DNA of 64,000 bases, taken from contig CM120641.1 in assembly GCA_051362555.1 (NCBI GenBank), positions 9,238,001-9,302,000 of the forward strand, given 5' to 3'. Positions 54,180-64,000 of this stretch are shown in pieces. Position numbers and translations under genes: made by a program. Origin of the DNA: Lingula anatina. Its lineage: Eukaryota > Animalia > Brachiopoda. Each line of letters starts with the position of its first letter. Positions within the stretch are counted from its first letter, which is position 1. Under the pieces are notes generated by a model. It had not been told where the DNA came from, made no database searches, and saw only the letters and a program-made list of their open reading frames with translations.

Positions 54180-54655
54180 TAAGGCATTTGCGGCACAATA
54201 TATAAGTATAGAAACTAGGCATGAACATGCAGTTTAAAATTTGGTTATACAATATCTTAAAGAGAGAAATATAAATGTGAAACTGGAAAAAAGAAGTGAA
54301 GGAAGTGTGGTTTACAAACACAATATGGGAAATAAAATCATACAATGTATTTTGTAAAGTGTGTGCAGTAGAATTTGCTCTCGAAACATTGACTTAATGG
54401 GAACAGCCATGACCGGAGGTCTACGTTTTCTGAGTGATTTTTTACTTAAGTATAATAATATAATAATTATTGTTTTGTTTATAATTTTTCAAACATGCAT
54501 ACAGTATTGAAGAACATGTATATATACCTTTAAGTCATCTTTTATTTGGTCAGAGTCAATTTTAGAGACTTCACTGAGTTCACTGAGTACTGATTGACTC
54601 ACTCTTCATTCTTAACTATTTTAGTTTCCTTTTTTCAGATTTTTGCCTTTACACA

Positions 54656-57600
54656 ATGGCTGAAGTATCTATCCAGATTAGTGTTGAAGCCCAAACTTCA
54701 TTTCTTCAAAATGCTTTTAGACTGAGATCTGACCAGTGCTATTGTGACATAGAAATTCACATAGGAAACACATCCTGTAGCGCCCATAAACTCATCCTTG
54801 TCTCTTACTCCAAATACTTTGCTGATTATTTCCGTCTTTTAAATTCTAACCAGTCGCACATTATGCTTCCTGATATGAATTGGGAGATGTTCAGCTATAT
54901 CCTAGACTATATGTATGGCCAGGAAATCAAGATACCAGTCCCTTGCTGGGATGAATTTCTAAAGACTGCTAAAAAATTGGAGATTCCGGATTTGCTTGAC
55001 AAGTGGGATACAGGCCAAAGACGAGGCTTGAAAACTGAAGGTGTACTTGATATTACATGCAAGTCCATGACCTCAGCAGTTTCTACACCCAGCTTTGATA
55101 TTAAAGATGAGTGTAATACATTGGATAATGGTGATGAGGATGACTGTACAAATGAAATGTCAGCTTGTGCTACTAGAACAGAACAGGGAGATGTGTATAA
55201 TGTCTTGGGTGTTGAGGAGTCCCTTAAATCTAGTTCTGGATCCTTGGTAGGCATGAAAATAGATATTACAGAGCAATTTACAACTGAAGAGAAGTGGAAA
55301 CCTTTAGAAGATTTGAATATTCTTGATAAAACCTGCAGTTTATCCAAGTTCAGTTTACCAGGCCTCAGTGGTGGAAGTGAATACAGGGGCAAATATACCT
55401 GTGTTACATGCAAATCTATTTTTCCCAATATAACAGAAAAAAGTTTACACTACTTGGCCAGAAGCTGCTCTGGTGGTCTGCTAAAAGTTGCACGACAGAG
55501 GTTTTGTAGGAATTTTAAAAAAGAAAGCAGAAGAAAAATTCCTGTTAAAACAAATATTCCAAGCCATGTGTGTTACACTTGCTTTAAAGGATTCATATCC
55601 AAGTCTGCACTTTTGAGACATTTTCAGTTAAACCACAAGAAGAAAAGTTTATGGAAATTTCCATCTAGTCAAGTAAGGGATAGGAAAAACACTGCAGCTG
55701 CTACAAAGTCTAAAAATGTCCCATTTCCATTAAAAATACCTAGTGGCGAAGGAAGAGGCAGTGAATTTACACTGGATGAAATAACAAGAGGTTTGAATCG
55801 ATGTGAACAGTGTGGTAATGTGTTTGCAAACGAAAAGGCTCTGGTGATGCATCGGGTTAAGACACACGGCTTGGGTGTGTTTCTGCAGGCTTTTCACTGT
55901 CCTAACTGCCCTCAGGAGTTCAATGTCAAAGAATTCTACAGATGGCACCATATTAGAAAACATAAGAAATATATTCAAGTCTGCTCAGAAGAGGAATGTG
56001 ATTTTACATGCACTACTATTCAAGATATCACCAATCATTTGAAGAAAGAACACAACACTGATCCTCCTCACAAGTGCCCCTTCTGTAACTATGTTACTCC
56101 CTTAAAAGGTTATTTAAAACGGCACATTGATAGGCATTTTCTTCGTGGCAAGTTATACATTTGTGAGCTGTGTTCGAAGGTGTATATGAATGAGAAAAGG
56201 CTATTGCAGCATAAGTACTCCCACCATGGTTTGGTTGATGCAGATAAAGTTGTACGATGTACTTATCAAGATTGTTCATTCCTGACATATAGTTCAGTTA
56301 CTATGGAGAATCATTGCAGAGCTAAGCACACCGAAGAGAAGAATTTCCCATGCCCCCAGTGCAATAAAAGGCTCTCAACCAAAAGGTAAATAAGCTTGAT
56401 AATATACACTTTGTATCAAGAAATGAAAGGTGATATTTCTCTAGATGAAGGCAGAAGTAATATCCTGCAGTGAACATTATGATGTGGAAAATGACCTTTC
56501 AAATTTGACCGTCCATGTCTTCATTGAAATAAGACCTTGAAACACACAGAAAATGCAGACATCTGCCAAAACGGGGGCGTCTCGATAGTCCGAAGGTTCA
56601 TTGGTCCGAAGGTTCATTGGTCTGAAAAGTGGTAACATTTTCATCGATTTTTAAATCAGGTTCATTGGTCCGAAGGTTCTATAGTGAATATTCGGATCAA
56701 TGAACCTTCGGACTATTGAACCTTCGGACTATTGCTACGGCCCCGCCAAGCCAGCTCAATTTCAATATCTTTAATTAATAATCTATTACTTAATGGATCA
56801 CTGCTTCATTTTTAATTTATTGATTAATTACCACCAAAACCAATTATTAGTTAGCCCATTTCTGACCTATCCAGAAAATTTCATTGGAATCGGTCCATAA
56901 TTTTTTAGATAATGTTGCTAACAGCCAAACAGACAATGGAACCAAAATTTATCTCGTTGGCAGAGGTAATAATCACAACACTTTGATAAAAGTGAGTTGG
57001 GTCCACACAGAAATGCAGTTATCAATTATTTTCATACTTAAGTCCACTTTATACAATTTTAAACAGTATTACTAACATATACATGCTTTGCCTTTTATTT
57101 TAGATCATTACATGCCCATATATTGTCTCGACATGAATTGCGCTATACATGCAATTGTCCAAACTGTGGCAAAATGTTGATTGACAAGGCGGCTTTGAAG
57201 CTTCATCAGTTGCGGTGCACCAGAGCTCCAAAGACCTTTTTATGTACTCAGTGTGACCACTCTTCATATGCCAAAGGGGAACTTGAAGGTTTATATTGTA
57301 ACCAAATGATCTTTCTCATGTTAAGAGTTTGCATTGATTATTTTTATGTAAAATCTATAAGAAATGATTATTGCTTTGGCATAGGCACCATTGGTTACGA
57401 GGATAGATCCAATTCCAAGAGGACTCACTGAATGTAATCAGTTTAACAGATTAACAGGCCTCCTGAGATAATGGTGAGAAGGCTTGTCTTTCACTTAAGC
57501 TGATTGCGCTTAGCAAAGAGTCCCCGCAGAGTTGTTTTGATCTGCATAGACCAGTGGTGTCTATGGGAATGGGTCTTGTATTCAAAACCCTGCTTAATTC

Positions 57601-57863
57601 TTAATTACTGTTTTCTTTCCTACATTCTTGTTCAGAGAAGAATTTCAGATTACATTCAGTGTTAAGACTGACAAAAAAGATAAATAAATGAAGTCTGATT
57701 TCAGCCTTTTTTCCCCAGCTCACCAGTTTAAGAAACATGGTATACTCCCAAGCAAAGGCAAGATTTATAGTTGTGAACTTTGTGACTACACATGTACAAT
57801 GAAATGTACCTTAAGTCGCCATATGCGGATACACACAGGTAACCATTGTCACTTAAGTGCAGC

Positions 57864-57920
<57 letters not shown>

Positions 57921-60567
57921 CACTTCTACTAGTTTCTTACATGATTGAAAAAAATCAGCATGCCAAGGGAAAAACTAAATTAATAACTTGATCGAATTGA
58001 CCCTATGTTCCTGTTGTTATATACTGCAGATTTTCATACAATTTGCTTGTTCATGGAAAGTGTCCATATCCCAGAATACCCATCATGTGAATACTGTTCA
58101 TACATTACTGGCTCCCACAAAAATGTTACAGTATAGGGGGTGGAGTTAACATGTCTGTAGTTGTTTTATTCATAAGTAATGTCTATTCTTTTTAAATGTC
58201 TGTAGGAGAAAGGCCAGAAGTTTGCGACATTTGCGGTAAAAAATTTCCCATAGGCAGCCTAAGGGCTCACATGAAGGTTCACAATACTACTTATGACTTT
58301 CAATGCATGTACTGTGATTACAAAACTCAGGTAGGTTTTATAAATATCTTTCTTTTATTTATTTGCCAGTTTATATATGTTTATTGTAATGAACTTATAG
58401 GATTTAAAATAAGCACTTCTAGCATGCTTTAGTTGAGCTACCTCTACTAACTGAAATGAATTTTGACCATGCTTTCAGTTTTTCCTTAGAAAACTAACTT
58501 CAACTTGCTGATTCAAGACACTGTCTAAATGCATTTCCCAGCTAATTTTAATTTTAGGTTGGTGCTTCCATTTCAGGCCAGGGCCCCCGTAACTCGAAAG
58601 CATTGTGCATTGCGACCGAGCACAAGCGTCTCGATTCCATAACTCGGCCATACTCATCCCATATGGGGGTTATGGAATCGAGACTCTTGTGCTCGGTCGC
58701 AGTGCGTAATGCTTTCGAGTTACAGGGCCCAGGATGATCCTCCCTGGAGCAACTTCTGTTCTTATCTCTTATCTCCTGACTAGTGCTTGTAACAATAGGA
58801 TAATTACACTTGCATTTTGCTTACAAGAAACATATGCTATCATTGCAATTCAATATGCTTCATTGCATTCCAAGCAAAATACAAGTGTAGTTATCTTATT
58901 ATTTGAAGCACCCGCCATGCTGGCATTTTTCTGTATGTGACTTTAAGAGTGTTATTATATTTCAGCTGCATAATAACACTTGTATGCCACATCCAGTTAG
59001 GGACAAGTGTTGAAACTAGTACTTATTTTGCACAATTTGTTGACAATCACAGAACTGGTTTTATTAGTACCACCAGCTTATACGCTGGCGGTACTCATGG
59101 TTTTAGTCCCGACCCGTCTCGTACAGCTCCGCCGGCTCCGCTGGCTCCTGCGGCTCCGTGGTCGGGCGCCGGAAACAAGTCACCGTTACCGCTTCTCCTC
59201 CTAGACCGCCAGGACCTGTGTCCCCATCTCTTGGATTTAGGTCACATATAATCTCAACTTGAACACCCTGGTTTTTTTGTCTCTGTCGGTGCATTGGCCT
59301 GGGCGTGACACTTGTTAAAACGCACCCTTGTCAAAATTTTTGAAAATTCAAGGCTAAATATCTCCCAATCCAAAGGAATTATGGGAAAAATTACTACAGA
59401 AGTCTGACCGAAAGGCATATGTGGAGATTCCAAATATGCCATTGGATTTGACTTTTGACCTTTTTTTCAAGGTCAAACAAGCCAAAATTTTCTAAAAATG
59501 GGAATTTTCTGCCAAAAAATATTTGTTTGTGCTATTTTTTGGAAACTACACAGATCTAAGCTCTCCTGTTATAGTGAGAGGTTACAATTGGGGACTCCTT
59601 TCATCTTTGGGAGTTATGGGTCAATCGGTGCAATTTCACGGGAGAAGCAGCCATTAGATACCGAAACTGAAAACTTGCTTTTATTCTGGAATGGTAAATG
59701 CCAGAGACCTTTTGTTCATCGCATTTTGTAGAACTTGTCAAGTGCAATACTGGGGGTGATGTCCATTTTTTTGTTTTCGATATGGTTTAGGCATTGCGCT
59801 ATATCAAAAATTACAACATTGCAATATTCAGTGGGGAAAATGTTAAATATTCCAAAATTAGCAGAGATATGCCCATAGTTACTATTGAACTTCAATAGGA
59901 AGTCATATACTGGTAATCTAATTGTGACCTTGAAATTGACCTTTGACCTACTTTTCAACACGAACTGAACTTTGCAAATTTTCTATCCCTTATATCTCGA
60001 AAACTGGCAGAGATAGGTCCAAAGTTACTATTGAACTTGAATAGGAAGTCATATATTGGCAATCTTACTGTGACCTTGAAATTGACCTTTGACCTACTAT
60101 TTATGATGAACTGCACTTTGCATGTTTCCTGGCCTTCATATCTCCAACATTGGCAAAGAAATGCCCATAGCTACTATTGAACTTATACAGGAAGTCATAT
60201 GCTGTGACCTTGAAATTGACCTTTGACCTACTTTTTTACCACAAACTGAACTCTGCATATTTTCTTGCCCTTCATATCTTAAAAACTAGCAGAGATCTGC
60301 CCAGTGTTGTCCCTAGGTTTTCTCTTTTGTCAGCATACCGGTATATGCAATACTGATAATGCATTTCAAAGAAAACCAATAGGCCTATTGTCTTGAGAAT
60401 CACAGGAGTGATCAGTGTTAGGAAAATACAGGTCAATTTGAACATCTCCTTGATTGGACCATTTTAACTATTATGTTTTTTCGATTTTTTTTTCTTGTTG
60501 CATATTTTGAGAACTCTTGTTTATTGCATTTTATAGAGCTTGTCAAACACAAGACTGGTGGTGGTGT

Positions 60568-60600
<33 letters not shown>

Positions 60601-61971
60601 GGGGGGGGGGGGTCCATACGAATGCGCTTACTCCAGCTGGTGGTACAATATCCAGAGGCGGTATCGCCTCTCTGATCCTCTAGTTTTGACATGGAGGCTT
60701 TAACTGTTTAATGAGCTATTTTTATGTACAGACACAGTAGTGTCACTTTTATACAACCTAAAAACCCATTTTAACCTACTCAAGCCATCTCTCAAAACGC
60801 TAAAACCAGTGATTTCAATGAAATGTTCTATTTGTCTAAAATACAAAACATACTTCATGCAATCAAATCGAACCCAAAAAAGAACTTCCAGAAAAAACAG
60901 TATGACCTTTATAAAGATAACAATTTTATTTATGCAAATCTGAAAGAAGCATGGTTGCATCTAGATCATCAAGTCTGGATGTATTTTCGGCCAAAGCCTG
61001 TGCACTGTGAACACAGGCATGCTTTCATGCAGTTCCGTCCCAACCTGTGCTGCCATTGCCTCCAGCTCTGTTTTGAAACTGTCCACTCGTGTAGCAATTG
61101 TAGTCCTAGGCATTTTCAAGTCTGACAGCAAGCAGTCTGTTTCAGTATGTAATACCTTCGTCACAATGATAAGACTGACCTTTTTACATACTATCTTTTG
61201 TCAATCAGTCACTTAAAAACTCAGTCACAACACAGTGACAAAAGAATTGTTTGTACATAGACTGTTGCTTAAGCCTGGTCGTGTCATTTTGCCTTCATTT
61301 GATTTATTAGCATGTATAATATCAAGGAAGCACTGATAAGGCAAAAAAAAGGAAATATGGGGTAATGAACCAACCGTTTACCTAGGCTAAAATGACCTTC
61401 ACATTTAACATGTATGATGATCATGCAGTCATGTACAGCTCTATTTTTTAATATATTTTTTCTGTTTTGGTTATTTTGAGTAAGGCAAAGTTTTAGAAAC
61501 ATGAAATCAAAAAAAAAAAAAAAAAAAAAAAGAAAAAAACACTTGCCTAAGATATATGATGGTTCTCAAACCTGAATTTGTGTAGTTCTGATAATTCATG
61601 TGCCACCAGCCAATTATATAATGGGTCTGTGCGACATTACACTGTTTAACACACAAAATTATTTTTAGTCATGATGCGGTGGGAAAGAGGTATTTTGGGG
61701 GAATATGATTGTGATAATACCAGTGCTACCACTTCCAGGGCATCTCTTGATATATGGTAACAACAGACATGATTTTTTTTCTGTTTACAAGTGGGAGCAT
61801 CATCTCAAGACACACATCCGCCTAAAGCATACAGAAGGTGAGAAGAGGCCTTACAAGTGCAGCTATTGTGACCACAGGACTAACTTCAAGGGCAATTGTG
61901 TGAAACACATCAAAAATGTCCACCCTGGTAAAGAACCTGCAGTCATTCACCTTAGTGACAATGCTTTATGA
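54656..61971 (+). CDS. BTB/POZ domain and C2H2 zinc-finger protein (ZBTB-like), copy 2, 779 aa
   Basis: Exons 54656-56385, 57104-57288, 57719-57838, 58206-58330, 61792-61971 (TGA). Exons 2-5 have the same lengths as in copy 1 (185/120/125/180) and the frame is open throughout (2340 nt). Confidence 0.93.
56573..56744. mobile_element. Small foldback MITE with 15-bp subrepeats (tagtccgaaggttca)
   Basis: Left gggggcgtctcgatagtccgaagg and right ccttcggactattgctacggcccc; imperfect 8-bp flanks gccaaaac/gccaagcc. A related fragment lies at ~53444-53480. Confidence 0.7.
57869..57918. repeat. (CA)n microsatellite
   Basis: About 25 perfect CA units; absent at the homologous position in copy 1. Confidence 0.95.
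58582..58729. mobile_element. Palindromic PIF/Harbinger-like MITE (148 bp, CAG TSD)
   Basis: cag|ggcccccgtaactcgaaagcatt...aatgctttcgagttacagggcc|cag, with ~65-bp near-perfect arms. Confidence 0.8.
59061..60683 (+). mobile_element. DINE-1/HINE-like Helentron family A, second copy (3 monomers of the 146-bp repeat)
   Basis: 5' ttattagtaccaccagc..gctggcggtac followed by a ggctccg core. Monomers tgaccttgaaattgacctttgacctac at ~59924, 60071 and 60205. 3' gctggtggtacaata, gaggcggtatcgcctc hairpin and ctag|tt at 60680-60683. Confidence 0.85.
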
Positions 61972-62659
61972 TTTTTTTGAAAGGATGGAATCAAGAGCGA
62001 TAGTTTTGACCGATGGGACTGCCTTATCACATCTGTACTCTGAATCTTTTTAGTGTTAGCTTGTTAACCCTGTCACTACTGCTTTATTGGTATCTTACCC
62101 TTTTTTGTGTGTGTGTGTGTGTTTTTTTTTTTTTTTTGTTTTTTTTTTTTTTTGTTTTTTTTTTTTTTTTGTTATTAAGTTATGTTTAAGATGTTTATGT
62201 AAAAGAAAAGGATGAAAGTGTTAACCTTGAAATTAATTATTGTATTACAGGTGTATTACAGGTTTTAATTCATTGCTCTTGTAACATACATGTATAATGC
62301 CATTGCAGTAAGTGTAAGTTTGACAATTACATTTTAAATTTTTGGTACATAATTTAATCATCAAATGTAGAGAAATAAACCCAATAAATGTGTGGTAAAA
62401 TAAGTTTTCCACCAATACAGGTACAACCCTTAATAGGCATTACACACGTACTTCACAAATTGTTGGCCTTAAGTAGTTTGATTTCTAAATCCAGCTTCAA
62501 AATTTCCTTTCTTAAGTTTTTCATATTGAATTTTCTCAATTTCCTCCTTCAGTAATACTTTTTGAAGTTCTTCTCTCTTTGAACAAGATGTAGTAAACCT
62601 TTTGGTTGATGCAATGGCTGGCTTAGCTTGTTTGCGTTTCGACATGTTTTCTGTGGTTT

Positions 62660-62840
62660 CTGATAACTGTCTTGGGTCGCTTTCTGTTAGATAGATCCTT
62701 CTTTGCTTTGGAGTACAAATCTTTCCACTTGTGTTTTAACTCTTTCAAGGTTCAATTAGCATTGATGTCAGCTGTAATATTTGCCAAAGTTTCATCTTCT
62801 GCTCGGCAGTGGTTGAGTTGGTTAATTTGCAGAAGTCACC
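62660..62840 (-). pseudogene. Decayed Myb/SANT-like DNA-binding domain (transposon-associated type)
   Basis: Across one frameshift and one stop the minus strand reads KLTNSTTAEQKMKLWQ/ITADINAN*TLKELKHKWKDLYSKAKK, matching the Myb_DNA-bind_5-type W...I...INA...R....K.KW..L.S.AKK pattern. Confidence 0.6.
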
Positions 62841-63499
62841 CACCATTGCATTAGGGGAGGACATGTACAAAACACGGTTTTCGTACGACTCAAACCGCAT
62901 TCTTGGAGGCATGTCTGCATTTAATGCATCTTTGCTTGAATTCTCTGGTGGGTTTTCACACATCTGTGTAATCATCTGACTTCGAAGCAAGTTGGCCTTT
63001 GTCATCTCAAGGATGTCTGTTAGGGTGTCCACAGCTGTCATCTCAAGGATGTCTGTTAGGGTGTCCACAGCTTTTCCAGTGACAAGATTTCTCTCAGCAC
63101 ACTGTAAGGTTGCGTCCATTCCTGTGACCAATCTCTGAAAAAAGCTTCTACCGTCTGCTTGTGTTGAAATAATTCTAGTGTTGTGGGGCAATTTCTCTGT
63201 CCCGGCAGCATGGCTGGTGTCTTGTGGTGCGGTAACTGTGGCCTGTTGGACTTCAGGGATTATATCGCACATTATGGGTGCCTCATCATGAACACTTCTG
63301 GAAACAGACCCAGGGGGTGATCTCTCAGTCCCAGCAGGACAGTTGACTTGTGGCACGGTTTCTGTGGCTTGTTCGACGTCAGGGTTTGCATCGCACATCA
63401 GGGGAACCTCACCAGCAACATGATTGGAGTTGGACACTGGTGTCGAAGTTGGTGTTGCACTAGCTTTGCTGGAAATTGCATCAATCATATCAAATTCTG

Positions 63500-64000
63500 A
63501 TGAAAATGCAAGTCAGTTGGGTGGCCAAGATCAGTTTTCCAGTATCCATTCACCACTGTGCTGCAGCCAAAAATGCCCTGCCGACAAGCTGACTAACCTG
63601 GTACACAGTAACCCTTTCTCCTTGACGGAAAATACTTTTCTCTTTCAATGTTGTACCACCATTTCAGAGATTTGAAAAAGTTCACATGTAAGGGTTGCAT
63701 TGTGTGCAGGCCCGTAGCCAGCAATTTCAAAAGGGGGGTTCTTTTTCTGAAAAAGTGGACCTTTTCCCATAAAAACTTCATGTACCTAGATCAAATTTTA
63801 ACTGGAGTGGACCTTTTCCCAGCAAAAGGGGTGGTTCTTTCGAACCCCCCGAACCCCCTCTGGCTACGGGCCTGGTGTGAGTGGTGTGAGGAGGGAACAA
63901 AAGCATAACAACACCATTATCTCAAGCAAGGTTTATAACTTGAAGATTCTTTGTGTGCGATGCATGTCCATCAAGCAGAAGAAGGACCTTGTGTTCAGCA
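63500..64000 (-). mobile_element. Decayed pogo/Tigger-type (DDE_1) transposase, runs off window end
   Basis: Minus strand reads AEHKVLLLLDGHASHTKNLQVINLA*DNGVVMLLFPPHTTH[insertion]TMQPLHVNFFKSLKWWYN, matching the DDE_1 motifs LLLDGH.SH and PPHTTH..QPLD. It has an in-frame stop and D->H at the third catalytic position. Confidence 0.85.
63707..63874. mobile_element. hAT5-like MITE inserted into the pogo transposase, 5-bp TSD
   Basis: gtgtg|caggcccgtagccag ... ctggctacgggcctg|gtgtg. Removing it together with one TSD restores PPHTTHTMQPL. Confidence 0.85.

Noticed and set aside
40640-62420. BTB-ZF pair as an uncollapsed haplotype artefact
   Set aside because: Many amino-acid changes, coding indels, heavily diverged introns and different TE insertions favour a real tandem duplication, though read depth should confirm.

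Overview
AT-rich, intron-rich invertebrate (probably lophotrochozoan) genomic DNA. All four host genes lie on the + strand. (1) The 3' part of a divergent NR1 (HR3/ROR/E75-clade-like) nuclear receptor, 2532-7757. (2) A 21-coding-exon GW182/TNRC6 gene, 11205-38298. Exon phases join it in frame to an N-terminal DnaJ (J) domain with an intact HPD motif and a charged helical linker, giving about 2190 aa; the ORF track largely misses this because the N-terminal exons are tiny. (3, 4) A tandem pair of intact BTB/POZ + multi-C2H2 zinc-finger paralogs, 41394-48879 and 54656-61971, whose differences cluster in the DNA-recognition helices. Introns and intergenic DNA carry three families of DINE-1/HINE-like non-autonomous Helentrons, one holding a 146-bp tandem array dense in AGGTCA nuclear-receptor half-sites. 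There are also Kolobok-like, PIF/Harbinger-like, hAT5-like and foldback MITEs, a decayed L2-clade LINE, and a decayed pogo-type DDE transposase with a Myb/SANT-like remnant at the right edge. Gene models were built by eye from splice sites and reading-frame continuity and are not transcript-validated.
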